A program made the position numbers and the translations under genes. The notes under the pieces are model-generated. The model had not been told where the DNA came from. It did no database searches and saw only the letters and a list, made by a program, of their open reading frames with translations. 64,000 bases of DNA from Octopus bimaculoides (taxonomy: Eukaryota), in the NCBI RefSeq assembly GCF_001194135.2, contig NC_068991.1, forward strand, positions 47,405,631 through 47,469,630. Direction: 5' to 3'. Below, piece by piece: positions 1-13,629 of this stretch (its first letter is position 1; each line of letters begins with the position of its first letter).

Positions 1-1330
1 TGGGAGATCATTTTGCTAATAAGACACACACACACACACACAACACAATGTTACATGAAGCCATATACATACATACATATAATAGAACAAAGAAAAGTTA
101 ATTGAAAATGCAAGAGAAATTAGCAATTACTTCACTACTGCTTCCACCACCTGGACATAAATCCTCCCACTGCCACCCTCACTGATGAGTGTAGCCATAT
201 GTGGATGCATACCAGTATTTATATGGCATGTTATGAGAATGCTTTCATTTCCACGAATCTTTGATTCTAGACACTTCCATTTCTACTCATTTTTCAACTT
301 ATTTTAAGAATATCATGACCCTTGGTGATTTGCAGGGCTTGAGAAGACTTGTCAAGCCAAGTGAAATCATAGTTGTGGCCGGTGCCAGTGACACATAAAA
401 GCACCTGTGCTGGTGACATGCAAAAAGCACCCAGGTGAGTGGTTGGTGTTAGGAAGAGTATCCCAGCCATAAAAACCAAGCCAAATTCAGCCTGGAACCT
501 AGCACAGCTCTCCGACTTACCATTTCCAGTCAAACAATCTAACCTGTGCCAGCATGGAAAGAGGACACTAAATGATGATGATGATGAAAAATTAAGAAAA
601 GGTATTCATAGTTATCTAACCCTGTATTTTTATTTAATTTGCTTGAATTAGATATAAGTCTTTCACACAATCATGAAATATCCCATTGAGTAAACATCAG
701 TAGTACAGTGCATTCGACACTGGACTACTTATAAATATAGTGGAAAGCAATTTCATTTCTCACATTTCAAGTGAAATGTACTGGTCTTCTATTAAATGAG
801 TATGCCTTCATTAAGTACAATTCTACATTACTTATGGTTACTTTCCAGTCCAAGCAATGCCAAGCATTCTGTTAGTATATATTTATGCTGACATAGCCAC
901 TACTACCACCACGCTTACACAAGTTAGATGAAATTGTGTTGAGACAGCTTTTCCAATGGCCAGATAACGAATTGCTATAAATGTACTGGAAAACAAATTT
1001 CATTTCTGACATGGAAGATAACTTTTTGAAGAGAAATTCAACCCTGTTCTTTAAACTGGTCATACCTTCATTAAGAAAAATTTATAGCTGCTTTTCATCC
1101 CAAATAGTACTAGGTATTCTGCCAGCACACGCACACACGATTACATATACATGCACACACATACTAAAACCCTTTTGTTACCATATTTCTGTTGATATGA
1201 ACATCATTTGTTTCAAATAATTTTGAAAATAACAAAGAATTTAGTAAAATAATTTTGTCATTAGTATGATGTTGTTTGGAGCAGCATATGTTAACATGAA
1301 ATTTTGATGGAAGGTTTTAATTTGGATCAC

Positions 1331-1492
1331 TTGGCTGTGTGGTAAGTATCTTGCTTACCAACCACATGGTTCTGGGTTCAGTCCCACTGCGTGGCACTTT
1401 GGGCAAGTGTCTTCTACTGTAGCCTCGGGCCGACCAAAGCCTTCTGAATGGATTTGGTAGACAGAAGCTGAAAGAAGCCCATCGTATATATG

Positions 1493-1555
<63 letters not shown>

Positions 1556-1760
1556 ATATGTGTGTGTTTGTCCCACCAACTTCACTTGACAACTGATGCT
1601 GGTGTGTTTTCGTCCCGTAACTTAGCGGTTTGGCAAAAGAGACCGACAGAATAAGTACTAAGCTTACAAAGAATAAGTCCTGGGGTTGATTTGCTCGACT
1701 AAAGGCAGTGCTCCAGCATTGCCGCAGTCAAATGACTGAAACAAGTAAAAAAGTAGAGAG
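1331..1760 (+). mobile_element. SINE family B (tRNA-like head, internal (TA)n(TG)n)
   Basis: TGGCTGTGTGGTAAG...GGGTTCAGTCC head. Related copies or fragments at about 5085-5236(-), 5790-6000(-), 31385-32229, 32620-32914(-), 34660-35010(-), 49185-49400(-), 55370-55520(+). Confidence 0.85.
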
Positions 1761-3435
1761 TTTCTAGCAACACAAAGAAATGCTTTAACTGGTTAAGGAT
1801 GAAATTACCAGTTTATCAAATCAATAGTGAATCAGAGCACCCACACCCACCCGCATTATTGATGGATTTCACTTCCTGTTCAATGGAGCCTGAAAGTCTA
1901 CCTCAGATTTCAATTTGTTCAGCAATTTCCCCAACTCATACACTATTTTTGCTAATAGTGGTGTAGTTGCAGTACAAGAATACTTGAACTTCAAATCCTC
2001 TTTGACTTAGGTTTAAGCTCATTAAGATTACTAGAGATGGCTTTCATGCAAAATGTTTAAACAGTTTTAAACCAAAGGAAGAGCTTCTTTGTATCAATCA
2101 CTCTTTAAGAAATAGAATCCAAATATCCCTCAAATCACACCTACTCTCTTACAAGAAAAGAAAAAGAAGACAGTTTTAAATCCATTAGCTGAATAAAAGT
2201 TAGAATGATCATAGCTGGAACCCCTGCTCCATCAAGTTTAACTTCAAACATAACAACAATGAAAAGCTAGTACAGATTCAGATAAGATGAAACAGGTTAT
2301 TATGATATACGTTTGACCCAGTCAACAGAAAATTAGTGACTACTAAAGATAATTTTAGGGGCATCTTACAAAGCCACCTCTACTTTATACACCCTTGCTC
2401 ATATTTATAAGGCAGCAGTTTGACAGAATAGAGCATCAGATAGAATGCTTTGGGATTCTCTGCACTCTGAGTTCAAATCCTGTCAAGGTCAATTTCGCTT
2501 TACATCCATTTGGGTGTTGATAATGAAGTGACAATACTACAATTCTTATTTCTGGAAGAAAGCACATTCGGCCAGATTCAGAGAGAGCTTAAGCACATAT
2601 CTAGATACACACACATGTATGTATTCATGCATGCAATGAAATGCAAATACCTCCTAAAATCCAAAGGCTTTTCAGGTCCAGTGCTTAGTTCTGGTTTTAA
2701 GGTACAAAAAAGGGAAAGAGAGAGAGAGATAGACCCCACTGAATAATGCTAATCTATTGCAGGTAACATTCCTAAATAACTCGGTATCTCTCTGTAGCAA
2801 GATGTCGATAAAGAGAGAAGCTGAAAGTTGTTTGTCCATACATAGTAGGGAACACTTTTTTTTTTGAAAATTGAAGTGCAACATGGGACTGGAGTAAACC
2901 CTTCAAAGTGGTATCCCAACATGGCCACAATGCAATGACAAAGACTAGTAGAAGAACAAAAGCTTTTAATACTATAAATTCTAAACACAAAGTGTGTCTC
3001 CCACCCCCACCAAACTGTGTGTGTGTGTGTGTGTGCAATCTTATATATTTGAGAAGTTTAGGGTATGTACATCCATTTTCTCTGCCCCTCAACCTCTTTC
3101 ATTTGTATGCAGCTATCACTAGCTCTTCTGTTCTCACTACAGTACTAAATCTATATGTTTTACTATTATAATTCCTCTTGCTGCTCTTTATTTGAAAACT
3201 TTCCCAATTCAAGCCTTTCTCATTCCTTTCTTCCACCCAATTCTACTTCTCTCTATTCTTGATTAATGTAGAACTGTTGCTAATAATGTTGCTATGCACA
3301 TCAGAAATTGATGTACCAATTGATTTTAACTTAAGCAGGAAATTATATTTTGTGAATGGGAGTTCCCATTTCAGTCGCAAAGAAATATAGTCTTTTATCC
3401 TAAATTTGCTATAAATGCTGCTTCCATCACTATGC

Positions 3436-4433
3436 TACAGAAAAAGAGGGTTTGCTATATGCACACATTTTGATCTGGTTAACAATTAAGATACATTCCA
3501 ATCAAGCTGATTTCATCATATCTACAGATCTCCTCTGCATTATTAAAACCCAGCCGATTCATGGTCTCTGTTGGGAACTCATCATGAATTCACTTTGCAT
3601 GGAAGACAATAACTGCACCAAATGGTTTCCATTTGTCACAGAGACCCAAACAAGTGAAGATGGTTATCCCTTCTACAGATAAAAGAGCATCATAAGTTGG
3701 AAGCTTTGAAAACTTGGTCGGACAGCAGGAAATGGGCAACAAATGGATAGCTCCCGACAATGTATTCCTGACCAAGACATAAGGTACATGTTAATTTTGA
3801 ATCCTGCAATTCAATAAGGTTAATCAAATATACTTGTAAATATGTTATCAAGAGATCTAAAATTACAGTGTTTGCCATGAGAAAAAAAAATAACGGCAAA
3901 GAAGTTACCAAATTCCAACAGGGACAATGTATCAGCAGTTATGAAGTTTTCAGGTGCTTTTTTTGTCTTTACCATTCATAAAGATACTCTAGGATTCAAC
4001 AAGTTCATTTCAAGATCTTCAAACTGTAAGTGAGAAAGTTTGTACAACCAATAGAGAGAGATGTTTGAACTTGGGTTGCTGTGAAAACTGATGTCCAGTG
4101 GAATTTAATGTAGAGAGAAGTTTTACTGAAACCTCCAGGTGTACTACCATGCAGACATCAGCTAGAAAAAGGATCCTCAATACTGCTACAGTGTAATTAA
4201 GATCAGGTGTGCTTATGCAAAAGCACAAGACTAATGATTAGAAAATTTATGCTATATGTCATTGATATACTATTATTTTCAGCAGGTACACCAAGGGAGG
4301 AGATGCAATTATATCAAGAATTCCATACATACCTACAAATGTACCCTTTCAATTTAGACAAATTCAGTTTCCAGAACACCTAAGCTTTGCCCAGTTCATC
4401 AATAAATAACAAACTTTGACAGTTGTTGGACTG
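3436..4433 (+). mobile_element. Helitron RepHel remnant (HUH Rep + PIF1 helicase pieces), internally deleted
   Basis: Translated fragments match Helitron Rep (GLLYAHILIWL; HGLC...C.K.FP...TQTSEDGYPFYR; VHVNFESCNSIRLIKYTCKYVIK; GQCISSYE). Later fragments match the PIF1 C-terminus (CPVEF; PPGVLP; RIPYIPTNVPFQFRQIQFP...SFAQFINK*QTLTVVGL). Stops and frameshifts throughout. Confidence 0.88.
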
Positions 4434-4559
4434 CTTTGCAAATTTTATGAAGAATGCTTATGTCTATCACTCTAAATAAAGTTAGTGATTAATGACTTGA
4501 GGGTAAGAGCTGGATAGACTCAGGCTACCCAAAACAGTTTAGAGAAAGGAGAGACAGAA

Positions 4560-4990
4560 ACTTTAAAGATCCATTGAAGAATTAGAAATTCAGATAGGTT
4601 TGAGTTGAGACATTAAACAAAAAGGAAGAGGAGATGGAAACTTATAACATAGACGACAACTGGGAGTTCCTTCGCGAAAAACTACCATGGGCTATAGATC
4701 AAATTTGTAACTGGAGTAATGCCTCAACCAGATAGAAGGTGATTTAGTGGTGGAATACTACTGCTGATAACACCACAAAAGAGACAGCTTCGAAAGACTG
4801 AAAGTGGCAGCAGAGTACTATACCAAGTGACTAGAAGGGAAATTGAGAGGACTGTTAATGTTCTACAGCATGAGGTGTTCCATGATTCAAAGCAGAGTCA
4901 ACTCTTGTTTTGAAGGATAATGACATGCCTGCTCTTACATTAAAAACAAAGCAGCATGGAAAAGCCTGGCTGTGTAGACAGTTGAAAAGA
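4560..4990 (+). mobile_element. RTE-type LINE fragment (degenerate)
   Basis: DDNWEFLREKL...DQICNW...WWNT, GSRVLYQVTRRE and KAAWKS pieces resemble the RTE EN-RT linker. Confidence 0.55.
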
Positions 4991-5104
4991 ACACTTTTAA
5001 CAAAAAAAAAATTAAATGATAGCATTGTAATTGTGGGTGGGCCCCCTTAGACTCCAGGCAACCAATGTTTTTAGACTCAGTCTGCTACCGTGTATGTATG
5101 TATG

Positions 5105-5144
<40 letters not shown>

Positions 5145-5450
5145 CTTTCACTTGTTTCATTCATGTGACTGCAGCCATGCTGGAGCACCACCTTGAAGGG
5201 TGTTAGTCGAAGAAATTGACCCCAGGACTTATTCTTNNNNNNNNNNNNNNNNNNNNNNNNNNNNNNNNNNNNNNNNNNNNNNNNNNNNNNNNNNNNNNNN
5301 NNNNNNNNNNNNNNNNNNNNNNNNNNNNNNNNNNNNNNNNNNNNNNNNNNNNNNNNNNNNNNNNNNNNNNNNNNNNNNNNNNNNNNNNNNNNNNNNNNNN
5401 NNNNNNNNNNNNNNNNNNNNNNNNNNNNNNNNNNNNNNNNNNNNNNNNNN

Positions 5451-5484
<34 letters not shown>

Positions 5485-7989
5485 ATGAAGATAGTTTTTC
5501 ATAGTCCAAGAGACACAGTTCTGCAATTTCTTGTTGGACAACCTGCATAAATGATTTGTTTATAGTGATCAAATGTTTGTGCTGTATATTATTTGCTCAC
5601 ACCTTCCATCAAATCAATGTTGCCCGAACAAGTACATAGTATACCACATGTCAGGTGTCAAAGTGATCACAGAGCAACATGAGGTGAATTGTTTGCTCAA
5701 GAACACAACAGACCAACTTGTTCAGGAATGGAAACCATGATCTAACCACTAGGCCATGTGCCCTCCCCCCACCACCACACACACACACACACACATACAT
5801 GATAGACTCCTGTCTACCAAATCCACTCTCAAGGCTTTGGTCAGCCCATACTATACCAGAAGACATTTGCCCAAGGTACCATGTAGTGGGACTGAACTCA
5901 GAAGCATGTGGCTGGGGAAGCAAACTTCTTTATTTCATTAAAATTCGCCAATGGAGGCGTTACAGAGAGGGGCCAAACTTCTTACCACACAACCACATAT
6001 GTGTGTATGTGTATATGTGTGTGTACACATTCAGGCCCCTTTTAAATTTCTGTAGACGGTATCACTGGCAAGCAACTGAGAAATCAATAATCACTACTGC
6101 ACGATTCTATTTGTAAAACAAACATCACCACAGATTACCTAAATACATAACCTTACATTAAATAATCTCTTTAATACCGCTATGTTTTGTTATTATTATA
6201 CGGATGTGATTAGTAGAAGTGTCAGAGAGCACTGCAGCATTTAGTTCTGCTCCTTGATGTTCTGAGTTCATATCTCACCAAGGTCAACTTTGCGTTGCAC
6301 CGTTTCAGGGCCGATAAAATGTAGCATCAGCCACGTACGCAAGTTGATAGTATTGACTGACCCCCGTCCCCTCAAAACTGCTGGCATTGTGCCTAAATTC
6401 GAAACAGTTATTGCGGGCGATAGATTGGCAGAATTGTTAAAGCGTCATACAAAATGCATTGCAGTATTTAGTTACGTCTCTTAATGCTATGAGTTCCAAT
6501 CTTGCAGTGGTCAATTTTGCAGTTCGAGGTTGATAAAATGAAGTAGCAGTCAACTACTGGGATCAATGAGATCAACTAATTCTCTCCCCTCAAAATTGCT
6601 GGTCTTGCATCGAAATTAGAAATCATTAGATAGGAACTTCGAATAATCTGACGTACTAGAATGGATGGGCAGTGGCCCCTCACTCTAATATATATAAAAA
6701 AAAAAATGTTTATATTTCTTTATTCATCTAACAAGTTATTATGAATGTATGTATACATATTCCTTATTCACAATCAATTTGTTAGAGACGATGATATTCA
6801 TCTTACAAAAATAACAACATAAACAATTTAAATTTCTGAACAGTTTTCTTGGTGATGAGTTCGCTTTTCTTTTAGTGGTTGCTTGTTTGGGTTTCACTCA
6901 ACTAGAACTACTCTTAAGATGAGTTAAATACTCTCTTGTGAAAAAGAATATTGCGCTCTTCCCAAACTCATATAATCGCAACAAACTACCTTTACGTCTC
7001 TCATATTTTTGACATTTGTATGTAGCACGAGTGCAACCGAGTGTTGTGCGCATGCATACAGGCACACACACACACAGCAACCTTATATTTGTATTCTCAC
7101 ACACTGAAAGAAAGTGGGGTGGTAGTGGTGGTCAGTGTCTAATCATGTAAGTCTCAATATAATCCCAACTCCCAAAGAAATTAACGTCATACAATGAACA
7201 ACGTTAATTTTTGCACATGTATTCAAAATACTGGCTCTCATCTTTTGAGTGGATTAGATTTCAGGTGCAAAAAAAAAAAAATGAGGGAAAATAGATTTTT
7301 ACTTCCAATTTAACAAACAAATGGACAAAATGTTGAGTTACGAAAGTGATGAGAGAAAAATGAAAACAGCGGATGGATCCTAACAGAAACTCCTTATCTT
7401 ATCCATAACTGTTCTACAAAAACCCTTCTCTCTTAGTGTTAACAGAGTTAAGAGCTGGGGTAATAACAAATATGAAGTATTGAAGCCACATGCAGACAAA
7501 TGGAAAAGAGTATTGCGTAATATTTGCAAATCTTTCAAAAATAACTTATTTCCCAGACTAGCCCTTTTCCATAAAGGATTGTATTACTTATTTATTGATT
7601 AATCTTTTCTCGATCCCTTGTCACTGTACGAGGAAATAAGTGTAAACTCGGAACTTAAATGGGACACCAAATGAAATCTTGTTCGTCCTGTTAGTTTAAC
7701 TAACGTCAGCACAGTTTGAACAAACGCATGATTAAAGGCATATCATCCTATATGTTCAGGACTATGTAACACCAACTACATTAACGTATTCTTTTCATAT
7801 GAGTGTTTTGAGGGAATTTTGGTTGCTCTTTCTCGCAGATCGAATGACCACGTAAAAGTTTTCCCCACCATGTCGAAGCCATAGACCTTATAATCAAATA
7901 TAGATATGGAATGATAACGAATAACAGAGATGTTTTTGATGAAGCCAACAGAAAGAAAGCTTGTGAATACTATCGATTATTAAACTTAC

Positions 7990-9889
7990 CTGGGTGGATG
8001 TAAGGTTCATCAAGGACTTCTAGATTACCACTTCGGGCGGCAGCGGCTGCGGCAGCCCTTCGTTCAGCTTCTTCATCTTCGCTGTACTTAAAATCAGAGT
8101 AACCCCCATCCGAATCATCATAGTCCTCGTCCCAATCAAGCACGTGGATATGTTTATAATCTTTCACCATGTGTTTAGGAGGTTTCGATACACGACCTGA
8201 CCTAGTCCTGGGCCGATGTTTTTTACGTTCCTCTTTCTCTTCCTTGCTTAGTTCGGGTCCGTCTATTTTCTCCTCTTCTTCTTTGTTCCGCCGTCGATAA
8301 GGTCTCCGTTGTAACTGATTGAACGTCACTGTTTGTTGACCCTGTGACTGAGTTTCCACTCGAGTCTGCAATGTGGTTCCGTCTGACCTAGAACTCTCAA
8401 CTTCTCCGCTGGTGACAGATTTGTGTAGTTCGGACGGATAGATCACTCTATAGACGATCCTAGTGTTGGTCTGAGGATTATACAGAATACTCGAACCCTC
8501 AGCTTGCGTGCTGCGAGCTAGCTGTTGTTGCTGTACGACTTGCATAATTTGTTGTAGTTGATCCGTAGTCAGCTGCTGCAACGGTGTATATTGATTCCCT
8601 TGTTGAATAATACGGATAGGGTTTTGGCTGGAGCCCAACGGAGCCCCACTTTCGTCATTAGAAGGTGCAAGAGTGATGCTGATACTGTTTTGTGGTGTTA
8701 TACCATTGCGAGACGAGCTGTTATCATTTGCCTCGTCGACATTTTCGTCGTTCGCCAAACATCCGTTATCGTTGTTTACAAATTGCTGTTCCACCACTAT
8801 GTTCTGTGTGCCTATATCTGAACCCATCATTTCTTCTTCCGTCTCTAAAACATCACCAGTTTGCTGTTGCAGATTCTGAAGTTGATGGTGTACGAGATCG
8901 TTTCGGTCATTGTTGTTGTTATTATTATTAACCGTGTTGTTGTTTGTTGTGGTTACTCTGTTAGTGGTAATGACATGTACAGGTAAAGTTGTAGTATGTG
9001 TGTTAACTAAATCTTGGTTAAATGTCTCCTGGACCCCTGCAGCAGCAGCATTAGCAGCCACTGCTGTTGCTACGCTATCACTACCTCCTTCATCTTCAAC
9101 ACCTGTCACAGATGATGCTACTTCACTCATAGACATAGTTTCCGATAATGACGACGGTTGTTCAGAGAGATTTGCAGTAGTAACTATAGAAAAGTCCCCA
9201 GTACCATCGACAAAACTGTTGTCAGTATTAGTGTCTGGCTGATTTTCACCGCTGTTGGCTCCAACAACGACATTTTCATGTATTTCGGGGACGAGTACAC
9301 CGTCAACAACTTGATGTCCTTTGTCATCGTTTTGTCTGGAAACAACAACCACAGTGGCAGCACGTTCCTGTTGAGATGATCCTGTCGCACTTTCTTGCAC
9401 TTGCGGCTGAGCAATGTGGACAACTTGCGGAATGGATAAAGATGAAACAACGTTGACTGCATGTTGTACAGTGTCCACAGTAGAGACTGAACCAGTAACT
9501 GACGGCGATGTAATGGTCTCTGTAGTGACAGCAGATTGAAGAACGGTACTAGTTTCCACAACAGAGTTAACAATATCTCCAGCTGGACCAACTACACTGA
9601 CGACACTTTCTGTAGAAGTGTTGTTATTGTCAATAGTGGACTGTACATATTTGACTGAAGCAAGACTTTCCTGTGGAACCGTTTCTGACATGGTTTGCTG
9701 CAAAATATCTCGGACACCTTCGGATTGTTGTTGTTCTTGGTCAACTGATTGTTCAGTTAATTCTTCAGATACAATCAGACTGTCTCCAGTAGGTACAACC
9801 ATCGCGGGCAATTCAGCAGAACTACCTCCGGCAACCACAACAACATTATGTTGTTCTATGATACCAGTAGCACTTCGCTGGTCCGCCAT
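7990..9889 (-). CDS. ZNF839: First coding exon (633 codons + 1 nt) of a ZNF839-like protein
   Basis: 639-aa open frame starting gccaacATG. Ends at a canonical CAG|GTAAGT donor (intron starts 7989, phase 1). The motif RTRSGRVSKPPKHMVKDY followed by acidic D-S-D-x-x-Y-S resembles the ZNF839 segment TRSGRxSRPPKYKAKDY...DSDDYSE (recalled). The zinc finger exon is not in view. Confidence 0.7.
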
Positions 9890-10223
9890 GTTGGCAGGGC
9901 CTTACGACAGCAGCAGCAGCGGTAGTGGCAGTAGGCTCGCAGAAAGAAGTAAGAGAGGGTGATAGAAAAAAAACAACAACGGGAAAAGGCGAAGATGAAA
10001 TATATTGTTCGTTGACTTGTATAATTAATGTATATTTTTTGCCATAATACATTCCTTTCCAGGTGGATTTTGTTCAGAGTTATTTTCCAACCACTTAAAA
10101 ACATAAATGGGTCGATATTATTTTAGTTAATTTCTCGTGTTTTTTTTACTTCCTATTAGCAGTGGGGGCAGCTGTATGAATGTATAGTAGTCATTGTAGT
10201 AATTCCTGTTGGCGCCAACTCAC

Positions 10224-10330
10224 CAAGTATAGAGCTTCTGATACGGGGCGCTGTGTGCAAAAGCACGTGATCTCTCCAACTTTCGAGTTATCTCGCTTGA
10301 CGATATACCTTTATGCCCCACCTTTTGTTA
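10224..10330 (-). promoter_or_regulatory. Candidate non-coding first exon/promoter of the ZNF839-like gene
   Basis: Minus-strand TTG|GTGAGT donor (intron starts 10223), locally CpG-rich sequence, E-box CACGTG at 10264-10269, and a long minus-strand pyrimidine tract at about 9940-10000 just upstream of the ATG. The 5' end is not defined. Confidence 0.4.
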
Positions 10331-11156
10331 TTCTCCGTTTAATATCAAATACACATGCGTAAATAAAATCTAATAATATTGCGTACTCACTATACATTTT
10401 AAATTACATAAATTATTCATAGTATAGTCTTAGATTTTTGCAAATGTTCGAAGTTGTATAATTTACATTTTAATGTCATATTTGCAAATTTTGGTAATTA
10501 TCTCAAAAATATTTACTAGATAAGTAAGGTATATTGTCAAATAATGAAAAAAATGTTTTAATGCCAAAATAATTAATTTTCCTAAAACATCTAATTTGCT
10601 TTAATTATTTTAAATATATTTATACATGTAACAAACGCAACGTTGCTTCTAGAGGTTTTGTTAGCCTCTCAAATTTTGATGCAGGTACCTTCCCTTCTTA
10701 TTTATGCGAAGCATAAAGTTATCTCTAAAACTAGAATTTTAAGAGAGGTTATCTTTTGTAATATTCATCTCTCTCTCTCTCTCTCTCTCTCTCTATTTTC
10801 TCTCTCTCTCTCCCCCTCTCTCTCTCCCCCTCTCTTTCGCATGCAGTAATTATACTCACCCATTAACAAAATATAAGCAGTTTCTGTATCTTAAGCTTTG
10901 TATAATTGCGTAAAACCACCCCATTAAAAATTGTATATACGTGCACACACACACACATCATCATCATCTTTTAGCGTCCGTTTTCCATGCTGGCATAGTT
11001 TAGACGGTTTGACCAGCGGTATCAAGCAGGAGAGCTGCACCAGGTTCCAGTCTTATTTGACTTGGTTCCTATGGCTGGATGCACTTCTTAATGCCAACCA
11101 CTTTACAGTGAGTGGTGGGTGCTTTTAACGTAGCGATATATATATATACATACATA

Positions 11157-11967
11157 CAAGGTACGGTGAATAAACTGTCGTCTAAAATTACGCAAAAATA
11201 AAAATAACACTGACATCTCATTGTAACAGATATATTTACCAAAATTACATTAAAATATTTTGAAATGCTAAAGAGTGAATTTATTCAATAAAATTGCCAT
11301 TGGCTTCAACCACAGCCTCCACTCGACTTTGGAATCTCCTGCAACTCTTGTGGACAGTCTCTTTGTTCAAGTTAGTGAATGCTGCCATAATCCTTGCCTT
11401 CAGTTCATCTTTGGTGTTACAAGGAGTTTTGTTGGTCTCTCGCTCAACTGTGTCACACACACATAATACTCAAGGGGGTTGCAATCTGGGGGGTTAGGTG
11501 GCCAGATGTTAGAGGTGATGTGATTGTAGAAATTGTCTGATAGTCATGACTGGTTTCTCCTGCTTGTGTGGCATGGTGCAGAGTCTTGTTGCTAGACATA
11601 GGGTCTTCCAGCAACCACCCTCTTGACCCAGGGCAGCACTACCTCCTCCAGGCACTTGATGTAGGTCTCCATGTTGAGTCTCAGGCCATGTGGGAAGATA
11701 AATGGAGGCACAACATTACCATTACTAGTGATCACTCCAAGCACCCTGATGTTGACTGGATGTTTGATTTTTATTGCTCTTGGTACTTGTCCTAAGATTG
11801 CACTGTCCTCAGACTGAGACCCAAACACTCTGAAATGTTCGTATTGGAGCTTTCGGTGCGAATGTCAAGCTGACCCTACCATACTGTGTAGTCAACAAAA
11901 TCAAAATCAAACAAGGAGCATGTGTGAAATTAAAAATATAAAATGACAATAATTTACCCATTACACC

Positions 11968-11970
<3 letters not shown>
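11157..11970 (-). mobile_element. Tc1/mariner superfamily (maT/DD37D-like) deletion derivative
   Basis: Ends resemble CAGGGTG TIRs within TA context. Transposase core fragments KHPVNIRVLGVITSNG..PPFIFP...PWVKRV..GRPYV and WPPN(P)PDCNPL. Confidence 0.85.
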
Positions 11971-12008
<38 letters not shown>

Positions 12009-12063
12009 GAATAAGGAGAAAATGGAGAGGTAATTAATAAAAATTATTTATTAATCTTTAGAT

Positions 12064-12434
12064 CAAAGGTTCTCAATGGGGGGGGCCATTTGGAGCTCGA
12101 GGAGGGGGGGCGTTTTAGCACAAAGGGGCTCTCATGTACCAAAGAGCACTCTTTCGATAGACAACACGTTGATCTCATAAGTGTTGCATGGAGGAAATAA
12201 ATGTAATTACCAAACTTTCAATTCATTATTTTGTTTTGTTTTTTTGCATTTCAATTTGTACATCTGTACTCCCCACTGCGTACAAGTGCATATGTAAAAT
12301 GACAACCTTTATTTTTTTAATCATTATCTACTGATATCAAAATAAGTAGTATATTAAAAAATAAAAATAATTTCTTGGGGAGCCATTTGTGACTCCAAGG
12401 GTGATAATGGGCCAAAATGGGTTGAGAACTTTTG
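12064..12434. mobile_element. hAT-like MITE
   Basis: TIRs CAAAGGTTCTCAA / TTGAGAACTTTTG and an 8-bp TSD CTTTAGAT / CTTTTGAT. Confidence 0.75.
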
Positions 12435-12705
12435 CTTTTGATAATCAATTTATAAAATTAAAATCACTATAAGATGAATCCTTTCAGAGGTAGTAAGGAT
12501 ATACCAATTAGAAATACATGTTGAGATAATGGCTATGTTACACGTTATTTCAACATGTTATGTAAATATGCTATCTCAACATGTTATCTAAATTATCTAA
12601 ATACATATTATCTCAAACATGTATTTCTAATTAGTATATCCTTTCTACATCTGAAGATATTCGTCTTATAATAAATTTAATTTTATAAATTAATTGTCTA
12701 AAGAT
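12435..12705. repeat. Foldback (long inverted repeat) element
   Basis: The left arm AATTTATAAAATTAAA...ATAAGATGAATC...AATTAGAAATACATGTTGAGATAAT is matched by its reverse complement at about 12607-12700. Confidence 0.8.
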
Positions 12706-12856
12706 TTCTGAATCGAAATAGCTATCAGGCTCCAAGCTCCAATCTGATCTGGCAATATTTCTACAGCTGGATGCCCTTCCTAATACCAACCACTCTGAGA
12801 ATGTAGTGAGTGCACAGGAGCCAGTTCGAAGTGGGGTGGCTGGCTGGCTGACTGGC

Positions 12857-12931
<75 letters not shown>

Positions 12932-13513
12932 TATATCATAAAAAAGGAGGGACCAAATAAATCAGATCATGGCGAATCAACATCAAAGCACATCACCTTT
13001 TGGCTAGACAGTTCATTCTAAATATTCCAGGTAATTAAACATTCAAGTCAGCAGTCAATGTTGAGTTGCATGGTTAGTTCACTGACATCAGATATTCTGC
13101 AAATCCAAGCATGTATCAAGGGAATAATTGGTACATTTGATGTGGTGTAATCTATAGTAATACATATGAAACAAATGGCTATTATTGGTTATTACTATGT
13201 ATGCTTCCATAGCAATTTTAATTTAGAACACAAGTACATTATATAACTTGACATGTTACAATATGCAACATCATGTAACATTATGCAAGTTCATATTTTC
13301 CTAAAATGCCACTTCTTTGAGCACTTTTTTAGTGATATGCCACAAAAAATTTAACAACAGAGAACGATTAAAAATTTATGAAATGCTGAATTTAAGGAAC
13401 TTAGAAACAGTAGAAATGCTTATTTAAGCTGGCAGCCATGAAATCCATTAATTTCACAGGCAAAACAAATTTAATGCATGCCTTCTTCAAATGGAAGTGG
13501 TCAAAATGTTGAC

Positions 13514-13574
13514 CATCATCATCATCATCGTTGTCATCATCATCATCATCGTTGTCATGATCATCATTGTCATC

Positions 13575-13629
<55 letters not shown>

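Noticed and set aside
1066-1118. Minus-strand phase-1 exon candidate ending YKFFLMK|GTATGA, reminiscent of ZNF839 YEFLLMK
   Set aside because: Poor acceptor, no similarity upstream of the heptapeptide, and the zinc finger exon that should precede it was not found.
6898-7104. Minus ORF with YKCQKYERRKGSLLR as a possible ZNF839 zinc finger
   Set aside because: Lacks the second Cys and the His ligands, has no suitable acceptor, and starts in a CA repeat.
12966-13030. Plus-strand frame SWRINIKAHHLLARQFILNIP with CAG|GTAATT donor, loosely like the Mab-21 WRxSF segment
   Set aside because: The acceptor has no pyrimidine tract. Joining it to 15921 needs a further exon (15314-15359) with a weak GTGCAT donor. 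Not supportable without transcripts.
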